NCBI GenBank assembly: GCA_012295275.1
Contig: CM022671.1
Span: 26,908,001 to 26,972,000, forward strand
Length of the DNA: 64,000 bases
Direction of reading: 5' to 3'
Source of the DNA: Chrysomallon squamiferum
Taxonomy: Eukaryota; Animalia; Mollusca
Under the pieces are notes generated by a model. The model saw only the letters and a program-made list of their open reading frames with translations, did not search any database and was not told the origin of the DNA. Below, piece by piece: positions 13,031-41,643 of the stretch. How positions within the stretch are numbered: position 1 is the stretch's first letter; every line of letters starts with the position of its first letter. A program made the position numbers and the translations under genes.

Positions 13031-14518
13031 CAAAAAAACCTTAAAAACCAATTCCACTTTAGTTTTCGAAATGAAAGGTGGGGGGGGGGGCAAAAAAAAA
13101 GTCATTTGATATAAAACATTGGAAGCAAGAACGACAAAGCCAATTGTAACTGGCAAACCGATCATGCATACGTTGGTGTCACAAACGAATGCTTCTTTGA
13201 CAGCTTTATTCATAGAACACTGCCGTTGTCTGGGTCGAAGCACGGCCAGACATCCCTGATTTTCCAGTTCCTGCCATGATCGGACAATAAATATAATGGG
13301 GCCTGTCATTGAAAGCAATGTCATTTAGAAACGGGATTAAGGGATTAGTCGATTTCTTTATTTGAAAGCTAGTAGGTTAGAACGTACAATTAGAAACCAG
13401 GCCAGGAATCGATCAGTTGCGTAATGGAAAATGGAAAACAACCAATGATAACGAAATCAGCTTGGGCTCGGTTGTTAGAACGCAGATCAGAAGGGTGTTA
13501 GGCTGCAAGATTAATCTTCTGTTTTTCCACTGAATTGAAAATCCATGGTATGTACTGTCCTCTCTAGTGGGAGGCTGCATTTTAATACGGGATAGTTCGT
13601 AACGATAACGTGTTTTCAGTCGAATTATAGTAATTATACAAGATGAATATAATACATGATAATTGCAACTACTAAAATGTTTTGAGTTGTCATTAAAATA
13701 TATTTTTCAATCTTTTGTAGATACTTTGATTTTTTTTCAACTGCAATTTAAAAAAAATAATAATAATAATAATAATAATAAATTAAAAATTTAATAATAA
13801 AGCTGCAGTTTAAAAATAATGGAATTATATTTTAATCAAAGAACAAATAAACAAAAAAGTTAATTAGCAGTAGAGTATGTTTAAAATGTGACTAGCTCGA
13901 GATCAAAGCTATTCATAATGCATCACTGATGAATGCAGACTTCAGGCGGCGCTGAGGAACACAAAATGGATCCACACTAAGATGTATGAAACAACTGAGC
14001 AGACGAAAAAGTAGCACCATCATTTACGTTAAAACTAACAGAAGAGATTAATATCTGAAAACTATAATGACGTACTTTTTTTTTATTTATTTTTTTTTTT
14101 TTTAATTCTTGTTATAATAATAATAATAATAATAATAATAATTAATTAATTAATTAATTAAGGTTGGAATTGTTTGATAACAGTTTTATGCAAAAGTTTA
14201 GAGGAAAAATTTGAATTTCCCTTCTCACGATCATCAAATTAATTCAAAACTTAACTTTAGTTTATCGAATTAAAATTGTACAAATTCACGTTGGCTCAAA
14301 ACTGATTTGGGAATTTCCCTCGTTTTTCACAAAAAAAGTGCAACCTATTCTACTTTTTATGTATAAAACATCCGTATCCGTCTTTTTTAGGCAACATTAA
14401 AGTTACTGTCATTATTTTTTTTTACCGTTGTTTTTTAAATCATTGAAAACAGTATAACATTGTTGTTCTTTACAGAGAAACAGAGAAAGCTTTGGTATGG
14501 AAATAATTCCTGTCTCAT

Positions 14519-14591
<73 letters not shown>

Positions 14592-14992
14592 CATATAAAT
14601 AATGAAATCCACGCCCCACATCCTGTATGACATTACATTATCTCTGTCTCAGTAAACATTACTGCAAGTTTTCCCGGGAATTTCACAATTCTAACTAAAC
14701 CAGGACGTTTTGGGTCTAAAATTCGAAATTACCCTCGGTGACGAAAAGGTTACAGTTAATCAGTGGAAAATTTCTGCAAACGTGTTTTGAATACTAATAT
14801 GGATGTGTTTCATGCTTATCTATAAATATACATTTGTATACAATGTAAGTGTCCGTCTGTGTGTGTGTGTGTGTATTTGTTAAGTGTATGTGCGTATGTT
14901 TGTGTGTGTGTGAACATGCAGCATATATAAATATATGTTTATAAATCATCTTTCTCAATTCTCCCATCTGTCTCTGTCCCTCTCTTTAGCCG

Positions 14993-15000
14993 CACACACA

Positions 15001-15089
<89 letters not shown>
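14993..15089. repeat. (CA)n microsatellite
   Basis: Direct reading. Confidence 0.97.
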
Positions 15090-15091
<2 letters not shown>

Positions 15092-17992
15092 ATAATATTA
15101 CTTTGGAGTATTCGTCATATGACAGTTTACAGTATAACCCACAAGACACGCAAATCCACATTCAGTGTTTTTACCGTTACTCATAAAATCACTCTCACCG
15201 CTTTACTTTGTTAAAAAGCACTTTAACAGTAACAAATATCTTCTTCTTTTTTTTTTTTTTTTTTAAATAAAAATAACGGTGACCCGTCAGACAACCCGTG
15301 AGTTAAAGTACATAAAACAGGAGATAACACTACCAAAAACAGAACAACAAAAATCCCTTTACGTATTTGATCTAAATGAGTCAGCGACTTTTATCTACTT
15401 TACACTTGACCTTTAAATTCACGGACCTCGATTTTCGGAAAATCCGAACCAAATCCTGAAGAAAACCACAAAATTTGAACTTCCTGACATTTCACACGTG
15501 ACACTTTACCTCTTAAGTTATTCTGAGTCTCCCTGTACGATCACGACAACCCTCATTCAACACGTCACCCAACCTAGCCGATATTGTTATACTGTACATT
15601 TTTCTTCATATATACCTGTATGACATTTGTTTACAGTTTTATGTCTGTATATTATTCTTACATTATTGTATTAAAGTGAATTTTTTTCGGTAAATTTTAG
15701 GGTTATTCTTTATATTCACAGTTTCCCAGATTTTTGCATTTTCCAGACCTGCACTCCACCGAGAAATCGAGCATCAGCAGTATTTTGATCTTTTTATTTT
15801 TATTTTTTTATATACTATAAACTTTCTAATTAAGTGCTTCAGTAAAAATAAAACTCTATAAAAATGAAATGCGTTATCAAAAAGACATATAAGCTATATA
15901 CATAGATAGATAGATAGACAGACACATACACTTATCATACTAACAATCATATTATTTATGTGCCTACAGTCGGGTAATGACCTTTAAATAAAGCCGACCG
16001 AACAAAGTACAGTGCTTTTGTATAAAGTTTCTATACAAATAATCTAGCATGTCATGGTGATATCAGCGAGAAGGTCATAAAAAAATAAAATATTATGTCT
16101 GCTAATGAGCTGGCTTAAGTCGTTAGTTAAAGCAGTAGACTCAGACATACACAAAATGACAGGATTAATTCTCCTCAGTGTTATTTCCAGTTATAACCAA
16201 TTCGTTTATTCATTCAAAACTGCTGCTACGATACGTACAGCATTACAAAATGAAAAGAGAAATGTAGACTGTTGTTATGGCGTGTGTGTGTGTTTGTATG
16301 AGTCTGCATACACCTAAATAATGGAATAATTATGGAATATCATATCAATAAACACACAGCGCAAAGTCAATGGACGCAATAATAATTAAATTGTCATTTG
16401 TATCATAAAAGAAATTATATATTCAGAGCTGTTGGATTTTTGTACTGATTTTTCTGCCCATTATTTATAATCAGTCTGACATCTGAAGCCAATGTTTAAA
16501 GATTATTTTCAAGTTTCAAACCGATATCCTGTTACTTCTCAGTGTAATCCTTTCATAAATAAACAAGATGGTGTCGTATTAAGTTGTGTGCTCCATGCAA
16601 AATAATTTCAAAAGTACGGGGCTCCCAGCATTTACCAGATCGATAGTTTATTAAGGTATTATTAATATCCGATGGAAGGTAATGAAGGCTGAAGCAAACA
16701 GACAGTTACTTAATTCCCAGGAGTCGAGAGTTTTCAGCGTCGTGCTCATTAAAGTGCCCCAGTAGCTTGTAACAACATCCGATTGTGTGCCTACCTACAT
16801 TATCGTATGTAACGTTGTTTTAGATCCTTTAGAGTACCAGTTATACACTGCCTCCCCGCACAGCATAAACACACATACACACATAAAGATGTACACACGG
16901 AAATATATATATATATACTCACACAAACACACATTATAATAGTACAGTACGTATGAACCAAAGTATAAAATATATATAAACTAAGTGTCAGATTTGACGT
17001 CATTATTTGTTACACTTTATTAGTAGTAGACGTTGATGGCTAAAGAAATAACACATGTGTAAGAACAACAACACAAGTGTTCAGCCTATATACCGTCAAA
17101 GGCACGCTTTAATTAAAAGTGATGAAGCAGTTAGATTTGATCTGAACTTTTGTAAATACCACTCGACTATCTTTTCCATTACAGAATGTTTTTAATTAGA
17201 TTTTCTAAATCTCGTTTGCAATTTCTTACTGTGTTGAATGTTTATAGTTAACTTCTGAATATTTACTTCTTTTTTTCTCATCTATTAAAATCGCTTTAAG
17301 ACATCATATTTGATTAAGTGCTCCACATTTGACGTGGGAAAATATGAAATTCATCATAATTGATACCTTTGCCTCCTGAAGCTTTTCGTCCTTTAAAATA
17401 ATTATGTCCCCTGGCGACTCTGCTTCTGAACCTGTAGCTGACTGTAACATAATAATCACGTTTACTTAAAGTACACCGAACACAGACAGTTAAAATCTGC
17501 AGGACGGTGTGTGGTGTTATTTTTGTTACGTATTCCCACTTCTGTTTAAAAAATACTTAAGATCTCTCTTAGCTGAAGGAATTAAATGCTGTATTTTGTA
17601 TCTGTATAACAATATTATTATACGCAGTAAATAACTTTAACAAAAAAATTTCTAACTGATTCATGTAGAAAAGGGCTTTAAGGAATGTGATAAAGCAATT
17701 CAAAAATATTTTTCTTAACTAGGAACAGCCGAGACAAGTTAGTTGAATCTAGGTTGATTATGAACTCAAAAGTGAAAATGGAATGAGCTGATATTGGCTT
17801 TGATTGTGAACAATCAGTTAGATGTTATATCTCCATATTACAAACACTGCAGTGGGATAGCTACCCCGGTTTATTTATTTATTTATTTATTTATTTTACA
17901 AATAATAGGATATCCCGTTAGCAGATATCTTAACAATATATAAACTTTTGAACCCAATTCCGTTTCGGTGATTATTAAAAATCATAAATAAA

Positions 17993-18054
<62 letters not shown>

Positions 18055-19341
18055 TAATAACGGCTTCTTGTGCAAACGACTTGATAATTTAATTTAAACG
18101 AAAAATATTTTGCTCCTCCAAAAAAGGAGGAATTCACATCCTTGTGGACACCTCCCGCCTTTCCGTGCCTATAGATAAGGTTTCCAGCTTCATCCTGACG
18201 TTACTGAAGTGATTAACTTACATACGTCTATCAGTCTAATCTATGTGGCCCATCAGGGTTATGTTTCTAAAGCAGCGCCTTTGAATTTCTAATTAAATAA
18301 CAAAAATTAAACTGATAAGTCAGTCTTAGAGGGTTTTATTACGGCTACTCAAAATGTCAATTAGTAACAACAACAAGAAAGAAGTAATAATTGTTACTAA
18401 ATAGAAACATTTTATGAAATTAAATGTTGCTGTGAACAGTTAAAAATAGTGACCTACCGTAATCTTTGTTGAAAATATAATTTAAAAAATAGTAGTAGTA
18501 CCTGCGGCAGTAATAGTAGTTGCAGTAGTGGTAGTAGTGGTAATAGTAAAAGTAGGTAGTAGTAGTAGTAGTAGTAGTAGTAATATTACTTGTAGTAGTA
18601 GTAGTAAGCTTACCACAATAACTATAAAATATACGTATCCCAGTGACAGAAAGAATATTTAATGACCCTTCAGCAGAAAATTAATTATATTGGCTTTTAG
18701 GTGTGATACAGATAAAAATATATCAATATTAATATATATCGTCTTTACGTTAACCTCTGACAGCAGTCATAAAAGAAAACATGCAGAGGTCAGACAACCT
18801 ATAGCATTCATTATACTGCGGTTCGATTTTGAATCAGTTTATGGTCAACTAGGGGAAAATACGAAAAGTCGCACCATCGATATTTGTAAAACCTGAAAGG
18901 AACATTTAACAGCACTTGATTGACAAAGGCTTCTCTAATTTACTGCAGCTAATCTGATGAATCTATCGACGAATCTGCAATGAATGGCGACCTTCAGGGA
19001 AGTGCCATGTAGACAAGGGAAGAATGCCAAACGAACGAACAGCGTTGGAGAAATCTGTCGAGACTCTGATGACTTGAAGCCGTGCATTCTGATTGTTTAG
19101 TTGGGAAATTTATCGTTGTTAGTTTCCACAGACAAAGATTTCTCTGCAATCACGACAGAAGTCGTATATGTGTGTGTGGGTTTTAATCCGATTCTTACTG
19201 AATACGGCTTATAACTTTGATGAAATATGGTCTGACAACCTTCTGAAACTTCAAATACATATTCATGATTGTTAATGCAAGATTTCTGACCTGTTAGACA
19301 GACGTGTGGTCATTATTAAAGGATTCATACTTTTTCCATTT

Positions 19342-19372
<31 letters not shown>

Positions 19373-19805
19373 TGTGGCAGAGATTAATTGCCGGCGTTTT
19401 TCTGGCTGTGTGAAGGTCTGTTTCCATGCAGATAAAGGATTACAGGCACGTAAACTCATTATCTGGGATGGCGTTCCATTGTTTGGGTGAATTTTTACTT
19501 CGTCGTCAATCATTTCTTCCTCTCACTGGTGTATCTATAGCCAGGTTGAGTGATAAAGTGTTTCTTATATTACCTATTTCACGCGACATTAATTAGTGAA
19601 TAATCTGTTACTTTCTGTTTTATGTGGCGTAGTTTGAGTGTGCTTTAAATATTATTACCCATTTTATATATGGTAATTATTAGTGCATGTAATATATATT
19701 AACTGGCCATGATCTTAACATTATTATACTTTTTATATATTAAATGGCCATTTTCTTTATATTACTACATATTTTATATATTAACTGGCATTGTTATTTT
19801 ATAAC

Positions 19806-19809
<4 letters not shown>

Positions 19810-19885
<76 letters not shown>
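19810..19885. repeat. (TA)n microsatellite
   Basis: Direct reading. It sits amid degenerate tatatattaactggcca repeats. Confidence 0.95.
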
Positions 19886-19888
<3 letters not shown>

Positions 19889-21067
19889 CAGATTCTTTCA
19901 TATAACTCTTGTGTATTCTTCATAATATGTTGTTGATGTTGTGTTGTTTTGTTGTTGTTGTTTTTTGTGTGTTTTTTTTATATGTAAATTGGTTTTACTA
20001 TTTATATTATCATCTGATTTATATATCAACGAGTCATATTATTTGTATCATTGCCTGTTTTATGTATTATGACTGAGCATATGTCTTATATTATTACCTT
20101 CGTATCAATTACATATCAATATGTCAATATTTAATGACTTTGCTAATCGCATTCGAACTTTATTATTTTCTTTTTCTTTTTTTAAATGACTTTTAAAAAA
20201 TAAGCATGTTTAAAGAGAAATTAACTGACCGATATTTGTTATCATGACAGTTTAGATTCACTGCTTTAACATCAGCGCCAAGCTCTGCCACTATCAACTA
20301 TCTGAGAGTTCAACCGGCTTAATCTACATATATATATATGTAGTCAAGTATATATATATATATATATATTATCAAGTCTTTAAAATGTATCGTGTTATTT
20401 TATTTTTTTCAAACAATATGACAAATATTTACTAACTGCTTGAAACTAATAAAATTTGTTTCAAGTCTTATTTCTACAATATATATATATATATACATCT
20501 TATTTCTACAGTATAATGATATACAAACTATTTCAAATATTATAACTGTATGTAGTAATAGCTATTTCATTATCTAGCAAATAATATTTTTGCATCTATC
20601 TTTCTTTTTTTCTTTATTTTTCGCTCTCTCTATGTTTTGTTTTCCCCGTATTTTTTGAAAATAATTAGTTATATCTATTACAAATGTTATTCAATATTTG
20701 GTATCTAACTACGTTTTCATTATTCAGTTTATAATACTTATTATTTAATTATTAAATTTGAAAAGTTTTTTTTTTTTTTTTTTAAAGAAAACGGTTAACA
20801 CGCACACACTCATACACTAACACAGTATTAGTTTTGTTTATTTCAGCAAGTCAACTCTAAACTGTTCGGCCGTGTCATTTCGCTATCACCTGAGCCGGTA
20901 ACATCAAAGGTCAGCTGATAGACAAACGTACGTATACATACATTACACACAAAAAGAACTTGACGTAAAACAGGGTTTGGCCTAGGCGGTGACAAAACAA
21001 AACGCTGTTCCCGTGACCTCGCCCACAACTCGAGAGTGCACGAAGGGAAACATCTCCAGCCGGCAAC

Positions 21068-34483
<13,416 letters not shown>

Positions 34484-36017
34484 AACGTCAGAATATTACT
34501 AAATAACAGCATAATGCAAAAAACAAGTTATATAGACACACACACAAGTGAGGCGAGAGGTTGAAAGATTTCTCAGCCAGGTGTTGTTGACTGGCGGATT
34601 AACGAGAGAGACAGATCCTGTAGGTTGTGGAGATAACCTGGAGAGAAAAAAAAGCTCGCGGTCCCCAGCCAGGTTTTTTTTTTTTTTTTTTCATCACAGA
34701 CTTTTCGTAAAACACCGACACCAGGCCTGATTGTGTGAGTGAAAAGTGTTGGAAAGGGAAATCACTAGTTCCACATTATGGCTCCAAGCTGTCTCAGCCG
34801 TCTTCTGAAATAGTCCAATCGTGTTTTGCCGCACAGTATATATATAAATATATAATTATTTATTAAATTCCCCATTATAGTATTTAATTTTTAACACTCG
34901 TTGTTGGATTGTTTCTGAACAAGTCTGCAACACATTTAGATTCATCTCACGCATCCGTGACATTTAAATTCGCCGCTTAAAATAGTCACTGAAAGAAAAG
35001 TTGAAGAAAAACTAAAAAAAAATGTCGTCTACTTTTATAATTTGTAAATGGAATTTTACTGCAGTTCAAATTTAAATAAGTAAGCAGTATGTGTTGACTC
35101 GCGTAAACATAAAACATAACTAACAATCTTTATGAAGAAAACAGTGTCGAGAAGATGATAATGTGAAAAAAAAAATATTTCAAGTGCATACAAACAGACT
35201 AACATGTTTAAAATATATACATACAACTTATATTTTGGTCAGGAATATTTTAATAATAATAAAGTATGATAATATTAGAAGACAATATATATCCATTTTT
35301 GTCATGACGTCATTTCGTGACAATTACTTTGTAATCATTATCTCAGTCTACCAGCTTCTATATTTATTATTATTATTATTTTTTTTTTTTTTTTTAATAA
35401 ACAGTTCTGTACACAAATGCAAGTCATGAAAATAGGGAAAACTGTGTGAATCTACGATCTGATGTATTGAAATTATCTTACTTAGTTATCAGAAAAGATT
35501 AGAAACAAGAACAAATATAACAATCACGAGGACTTATGCCAAATGAATAAAAATTTATATTTTTTTCTTTCTTCCCCATCTTCTTAAATTTTTCTTCTGA
35601 GAATTATACACACAACCACTTTTTCCACATATTTGTATTTGGCACCAACCTTCATCAGGTTAATATAGAACTATTTATATCTGTATTTGCAAAAGTACAT
35701 ACCTGTGGTTTATTGTTTTGGTTTTTTTATGTTTGTTTATTTATATCTATGTTACTTATTTTGTTTTCACATGTTACGTTTTTAAAAATTATTAGAAATA
35801 AAGTATTATAACAGTTCACATAACTGGAAATTTTGTTGTATTTTCTCAAGAAGAAACATAGATTTCAGTATGAAAAGACATTTCAGTTTTTACATACATG
35901 AAAACTTCACTTATAATAATGGCGCCGGTGCTAGTACTGTTAGTAATAAAAGCAGCAGTTACTGTAGTAGTAGTAGTAGTAGTAGCAGTAATAGTAGTAG
36001 TCGTAGAGGTGGTGGTG

Positions 36018-36048
<31 letters not shown>

Positions 36049-36627
36049 AGCATTAGTATATAACCTTATTTATTAAAACAGTTCTCCAAAAAAAAAAAAA
36101 ACGCAATAAAAATATTATTATCATGACTGTTCGTCTAGCTCAAGATAGACACCATGTCAGCTATGCGTAATGCAATGCTATTAATAAACCTCCACAAACT
36201 TCTTCCTGCACGAATCATAAAATAATGTTTCCATTATAAGTCACAGTTTTAAGCGGTCGCATCCACAAAACAATAAACGATTATTGTTATTCTAACGAGA
36301 CATTTTCAAAACATTCCGTTTTTAATTTTCCGGGTTTAAGAGTTTTTCGTTTCTCAGAATTCGTATCAGTGCTAATGCTGTCATGATCCATTTCTATTTC
36401 GGACTAATGCCATTTTGTTTGTTTCGTTGTTGTTGTTGTTTTTTTTGTTTTTTTTTTTTTTTTTCTGGTATATGAAAGTTTGTGTACCTTTTATTTTGTC
36501 TTTGAATAAATAAGTAAATAAATATACAGCAATATTCTCTCATTATTTCACACATACATCGACATACACACACGCGCACACACGCGCGCACACACACACA
36601 CACACCTAAATACATAAACAGATTGTT

Positions 36628-36780
36628 TTGATGGCCGAGTGGTATCTTTTTCCTGTGCGGGTGAATGGGTGACACACGTTCGAGTTACGTCAGCGGCATC
36701 TGACAGGGTTTATTAAGTGGAGACTGGACTTTGTCCTCCTTGAGCCAGTGTGTTCCCGAATGCTATCTATGTGCAAAGTC
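36628..36780 (+). mobile_element. tRNA-derived SINE-like element (degenerate)
   Basis: Pol III A-box TGGCCGAGTGG at 36632-36642 and B-box-like GTTCGAGTT at 36678-36686, at tRNA-like spacing. No clean cloverleaf is visible. A GC-richer body follows, and the boundaries are approximate. Confidence 0.5.
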
Positions 36781-37563
36781 TAATGAGACGTACACAAAAC
36801 AGAGGTTATTCAAATTCTAAACTCCATACATGCGTATATTTTATATTGTATTAGAAACATAAAAACTTATATGCATACAATCACCCATTCATTCATTATT
36901 GCAAATCTCATGCTCGCCTGAGTTACTTCATACAGATTCAAGTCTGCTAAATACAAATATAACTGTGTGACTTTATCGTGTCCTTGTTGTCATATGATAA
37001 CATTATCCTGGTGTAGAGAATTTAAGCATACAAACCTGCCACCGAGGAGAGGGACAGTACGTTGTATAATACTTATGAATTATTACCAATTGTGGCAGTT
37101 TAGGTTAAATATATTAATTTATTACATCCAGTGAGGTGAGGTCATGTATCATTTTTCCGACCTGAGTATAAAACACAAAGGATAATTGCATATCGGAATG
37201 TCGCTTTATCAAGTGCAGAATGCAGAGCTGTATTGTAATTATTCAGAAAACAATTCGCTGTAGAAAGCTTCGATTATCTATCTCGCGACCCCATCCTGAC
37301 CTCTGATCCATGATCAATTGCTGAACCACACATTTTCAATTAGGGGCGTTTTAACATTCCTTTATCGGTATAGTTACAATTTCGGTGACGTGGGAGATAA
37401 TTATGTTCTATCGGCGATAAACTGTAATACTGAAGTATTGATGTAAACAATTATTTAATAGGCATTTTAGTAGTAAAAATAAATAATTTTTGCTTTGGAC
37501 ATTGTGTAGACAATTTTTGATCAGTAATATTCTAAATATATTCAGTATACTTCCTGGTTACGT

Positions 37564-37595
<32 letters not shown>

Positions 37596-38775
37596 TATGC
37601 CATCCAACATTAAAAAAAAATCTGTAAAAGATATTTTAAATTATAATAAAATAAGTACAAATTATGGCTTTGTTCACGTGCTATAAAATTTAAATTTTAA
37701 AGTTCAAAGTTGACCTAGATAAAGCAAATTAAAGCGAAGCAGAAGTGACGTGTGTCTAAAATTAAACCTCTGCAGACATAAATAAAGCAGCGAAGAAAAG
37801 TGAGGTAGGTTTTTTTGGCTGTTTTTGCACAAAGCTTCACATTTACCATTTTAATCTCTGCTTATAGAATGCAGTTAATAAATAAGCATCAAAAATATTT
37901 TAAAAATACAGATAAAAAAAACCATCTAGCTATCTTCTGCTTGTTTGTTTTGTATGTCATATTTACCTAGTGGTTTTTCTAGTTCACTAAACTATTTGAA
38001 GTATGTGTGATAATAGGAGAACCGCCTTTAGTCCACTGTTTTATAACAGCTGATGTGACAGATGGACTGACAAAGACATCTAAAACAGGCGTGTCTTAAA
38101 AAAATGATTTAAATGGTTTTCAGACTTTGTTTATATCACAAGCAATCGTAAAATATTAGTATAAAATTGCATATCTAAATAAATTATAATTAAAGTTTCG
38201 TATCATATCAGCTGCACATTCGCCTTATATTTAGAATATTGTTTCGTATCTCTGCAAGTGCATTTCAACCATAATATCACATACGCAAGCACGCACGCAC
38301 GCACACACACACACACACACAAATTATATCATTTACACATTCGCCTTATATTTTTAATATTGTTTTATATCTCTGCAGGTGCATTTCAACCATAATCTCA
38401 CACACACACACATACACACACACACAGACACACACATATACACACACTCAACACACACACACACACACACACAACGCACACACACGCACGCACAAATACG
38501 AGCGCGCACACACACACGCGCGCACGCAGACACACACACACATATAATTGTGGTTGGTCAGACTTCGCTGGTGCTGGGCCCGTATCAGTTCAATCTTCAG
38601 AACACAAAATATTTGTGTAAGGTCGCTGCAGCAGATCATGAAAGAGTTGAGTACCTCCTTGAACAAAAACACCTTCCTGATTTCTTTATTTGTCTCTAAT
38701 CGCTTACCATAAACAATGATACGAAAAGTGAATGTAAATAATATATCAGTCAGCTGTATATTTACCTAGCGATAA

Positions 38776-38809
<34 letters not shown>

Positions 38810-38940
38810 TCAGCTCTTTATTTACCTAGCGGTAAGTGACACAGTAATATATAACACATGTAAGCTGTTACCTGTTAATTGAATCCTGGCAAACAAATAA
38901 TTTAATGCAGTGTAATTTCATATTATTCTTAATCATAACG

Positions 38941-39056
38941 AAAATAATATTTGGAAGCTGACTGGTGGTGATTCACTCATAATTACGTCATCTAAAAATA
39001 ATATCTGCAAGCTGACTTGCTGGTGATTCACTCATAATTACGTCATCTAAAAATAA
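38941..39056. repeat. 54-bp tandem duplication containing TGATTCA and TTACGTCA motifs
   Basis: aagctgact...ggtgattcactcataattacgtcatctaaaaataa occurs at 38955 and again at 39009. Confidence 0.85.
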
Positions 39057-39613
39057 CGGGTGTAAAGGGATTTTCGCTGTTTTTACTTTTAGTAGTTGTC
39101 TGTTTAGTTCCTGCTTTCGATAAAGAGTCTTATTTCTTAAGTTGGTTTTTTTTCCAGGGTTTTCCCCCAAGTTTATACATTTATTTTATAAAACTGTATT
39201 AACAACAACAGCAACAACAACAACAACAATAATGATGATGATGATGATGATGATGATAATAATAATAATTAGAAGAAGTAGAAAAAAAACCAGAGAGAAT
39301 TATTTTATTATTTAGTAAGTGCTTTTATTTTATTTATTTCTTTTAGTTTACATTTATCTACGCAAATGAATGTCCATAGCAGTGGTGTACCTGCAGCAGA
39401 GTTTAAAAATGCAAACTGAGTAATATCTGTAATAAAAGCACTGAATTTAAGTTACTGTAATTATAAACGGTAATATCCACTGTACTTGTATAGCTACTAT
39501 GAAATGAACATTTGAATTACTGTAACTCTATATGGAAAATACAGAAGCATTATATAATGGACAGCTTAAGTCTGTTTCCTTCCCACTTAAAAAATAAATA
39601 AGTAAACAAACAA

Positions 39614-39663
<50 letters not shown>

Positions 39664-39759
39664 AATAAAAATACACAACACGTAATTTCTTTCATCTACT
39701 TTCCTTATTTTCTACGTCCTTCTTTCAAAATGGAAAAACATTTTTTGGTTAATTCATTA

Positions 39760-39851
<92 letters not shown>

Positions 39852-40221
39852 CAACTGTAATAAATAATAAATACTGGTTACTTATTTATGTTGTATGGCC
39901 CGTTGGCCCGTTGAGTTTTCCCCACAGCGTTTTTCCCAGTTGTTCTAAAAATAGCTCAAATGGTATTTCCATTTTGATTATACTATCTTCCGTTCTTACA
40001 CTACAGTCTGCAACAAAGGTAAGTGAAGAAATTTAGATTGTGATATTATTTATAATTTTGAATGCAAATATATGTCTAAAAATAGGGAAGAATTGTTTTA
40101 ATATTATCTTTTTTTTATCTTTACGTTTAGGGCTCCGGAGATAAAAATAAAAGGGGCACATTTGAGGCTGCGTTAATTTTCTACACAAAGAAATTGTAGA
40201 AACGTGTTAATGACTAACGTA

Positions 40222-40284
<63 letters not shown>

Positions 40285-40871
40285 CATCATCATCATCATC
40301 ATTATCATAATGTAGTCAGAATAAAAGAGCACATTGTTAGATTGATAATCACTTTGCAAAAATAACCGAAATAAAGAATTTGGCGGTATAAATTTGTATT
40401 ACTTAATTTAAAACAAACTGTATTAGAAATGCATGTACTTGAGCCATAATAGAAATTAATGTTTAAAATGTAATAATTTATCAGTATAGCTAATCCTGTT
40501 ACAATATTGCAGTTTTTTATTTTAATTTTTGTTATTATTATTATTTTTTTTGTTATTTTGCCACGTTTCGCTGTTAGCGAATGCAGTATAATACAAGACA
40601 ATATTTGCAACGTAGATTGTACGTTTAATTACATACAGTTTTGGTACATATAATAAAATCGTTATTAGCATTGCTGCCGAAAAAGTTATGAAAACAAATC
40701 ATGCAAAAATTTAAACATATGGTATAAGTCGAACGTGCTTAGACCGACATTTTGGATTGTATTACTGTAACGATAAGAGACAAACTTTGACCCACATGTC
40801 AGCGTCCTATGTCGGGAGAATAAAATATTCAAATTTAGTCCAGCTGAATTATTATTATTATTATTATTATT

Positions 40872-40903
<32 letters not shown>

Positions 40904-41643
40904 GTGGGGGGGGAAATCATTATTTTGTACGTAAAAATATGTTTGAAGAGTTACATACCGTATCACCGTTACTAGTTTAACCTACTTAACGTTTCAAATT
41001 TATATCTTAATCTACTTTACGTTTGAAATTTTGAACTTTATAACTCTTCTAATCAGGTAAACATATTCTTAAACTGAATATTTTTTTTTTTTTTTTTTTT
41101 TTTTGTTTTTATTTTGCAGATTTTTATTCCATTATTAATATATTATTAGTAGTTTTGACGTATTTGCTGGTTCTTTAGTTTAATTTACGTTTTAGTTTAG
41201 TTTATAGTAGTTTTAGTTTAGTGGTAGTTATAGTAGTAGTAGTAGTAGTAGTAGAAGAAGAAGTAGTAGTAGTTGTAATAAAAATAGTTGTAGTAATGCC
41301 AACAGCAGCAGCAGCAGTATTAGTAATATCTAATTATACTACATATAATGTTTACTGTAATTAAGTTTCAGGAATTATGTTGTTATTGAGCGAAACAAAA
41401 ATTTGAAAAACTTCCGCGTAAATAGGGAAACATTTTACTCATTTGCCAAAAATAGTAACGTAACTAAAAGAGTTCCAGTACGCAATGAATTAATATTTTA
41501 TGAGTCATGTCTCAAAGAAAAGATACATAAAAAAAAACCCATAATAATAATAAAAGCAAAACACTAAAAAAAAAAAAACCAGCTTGTCAGTTCTTCCTAG
41601 CTGAAAGAATAATTGAGAAAATTAATAACTGATGAAACTGTTG

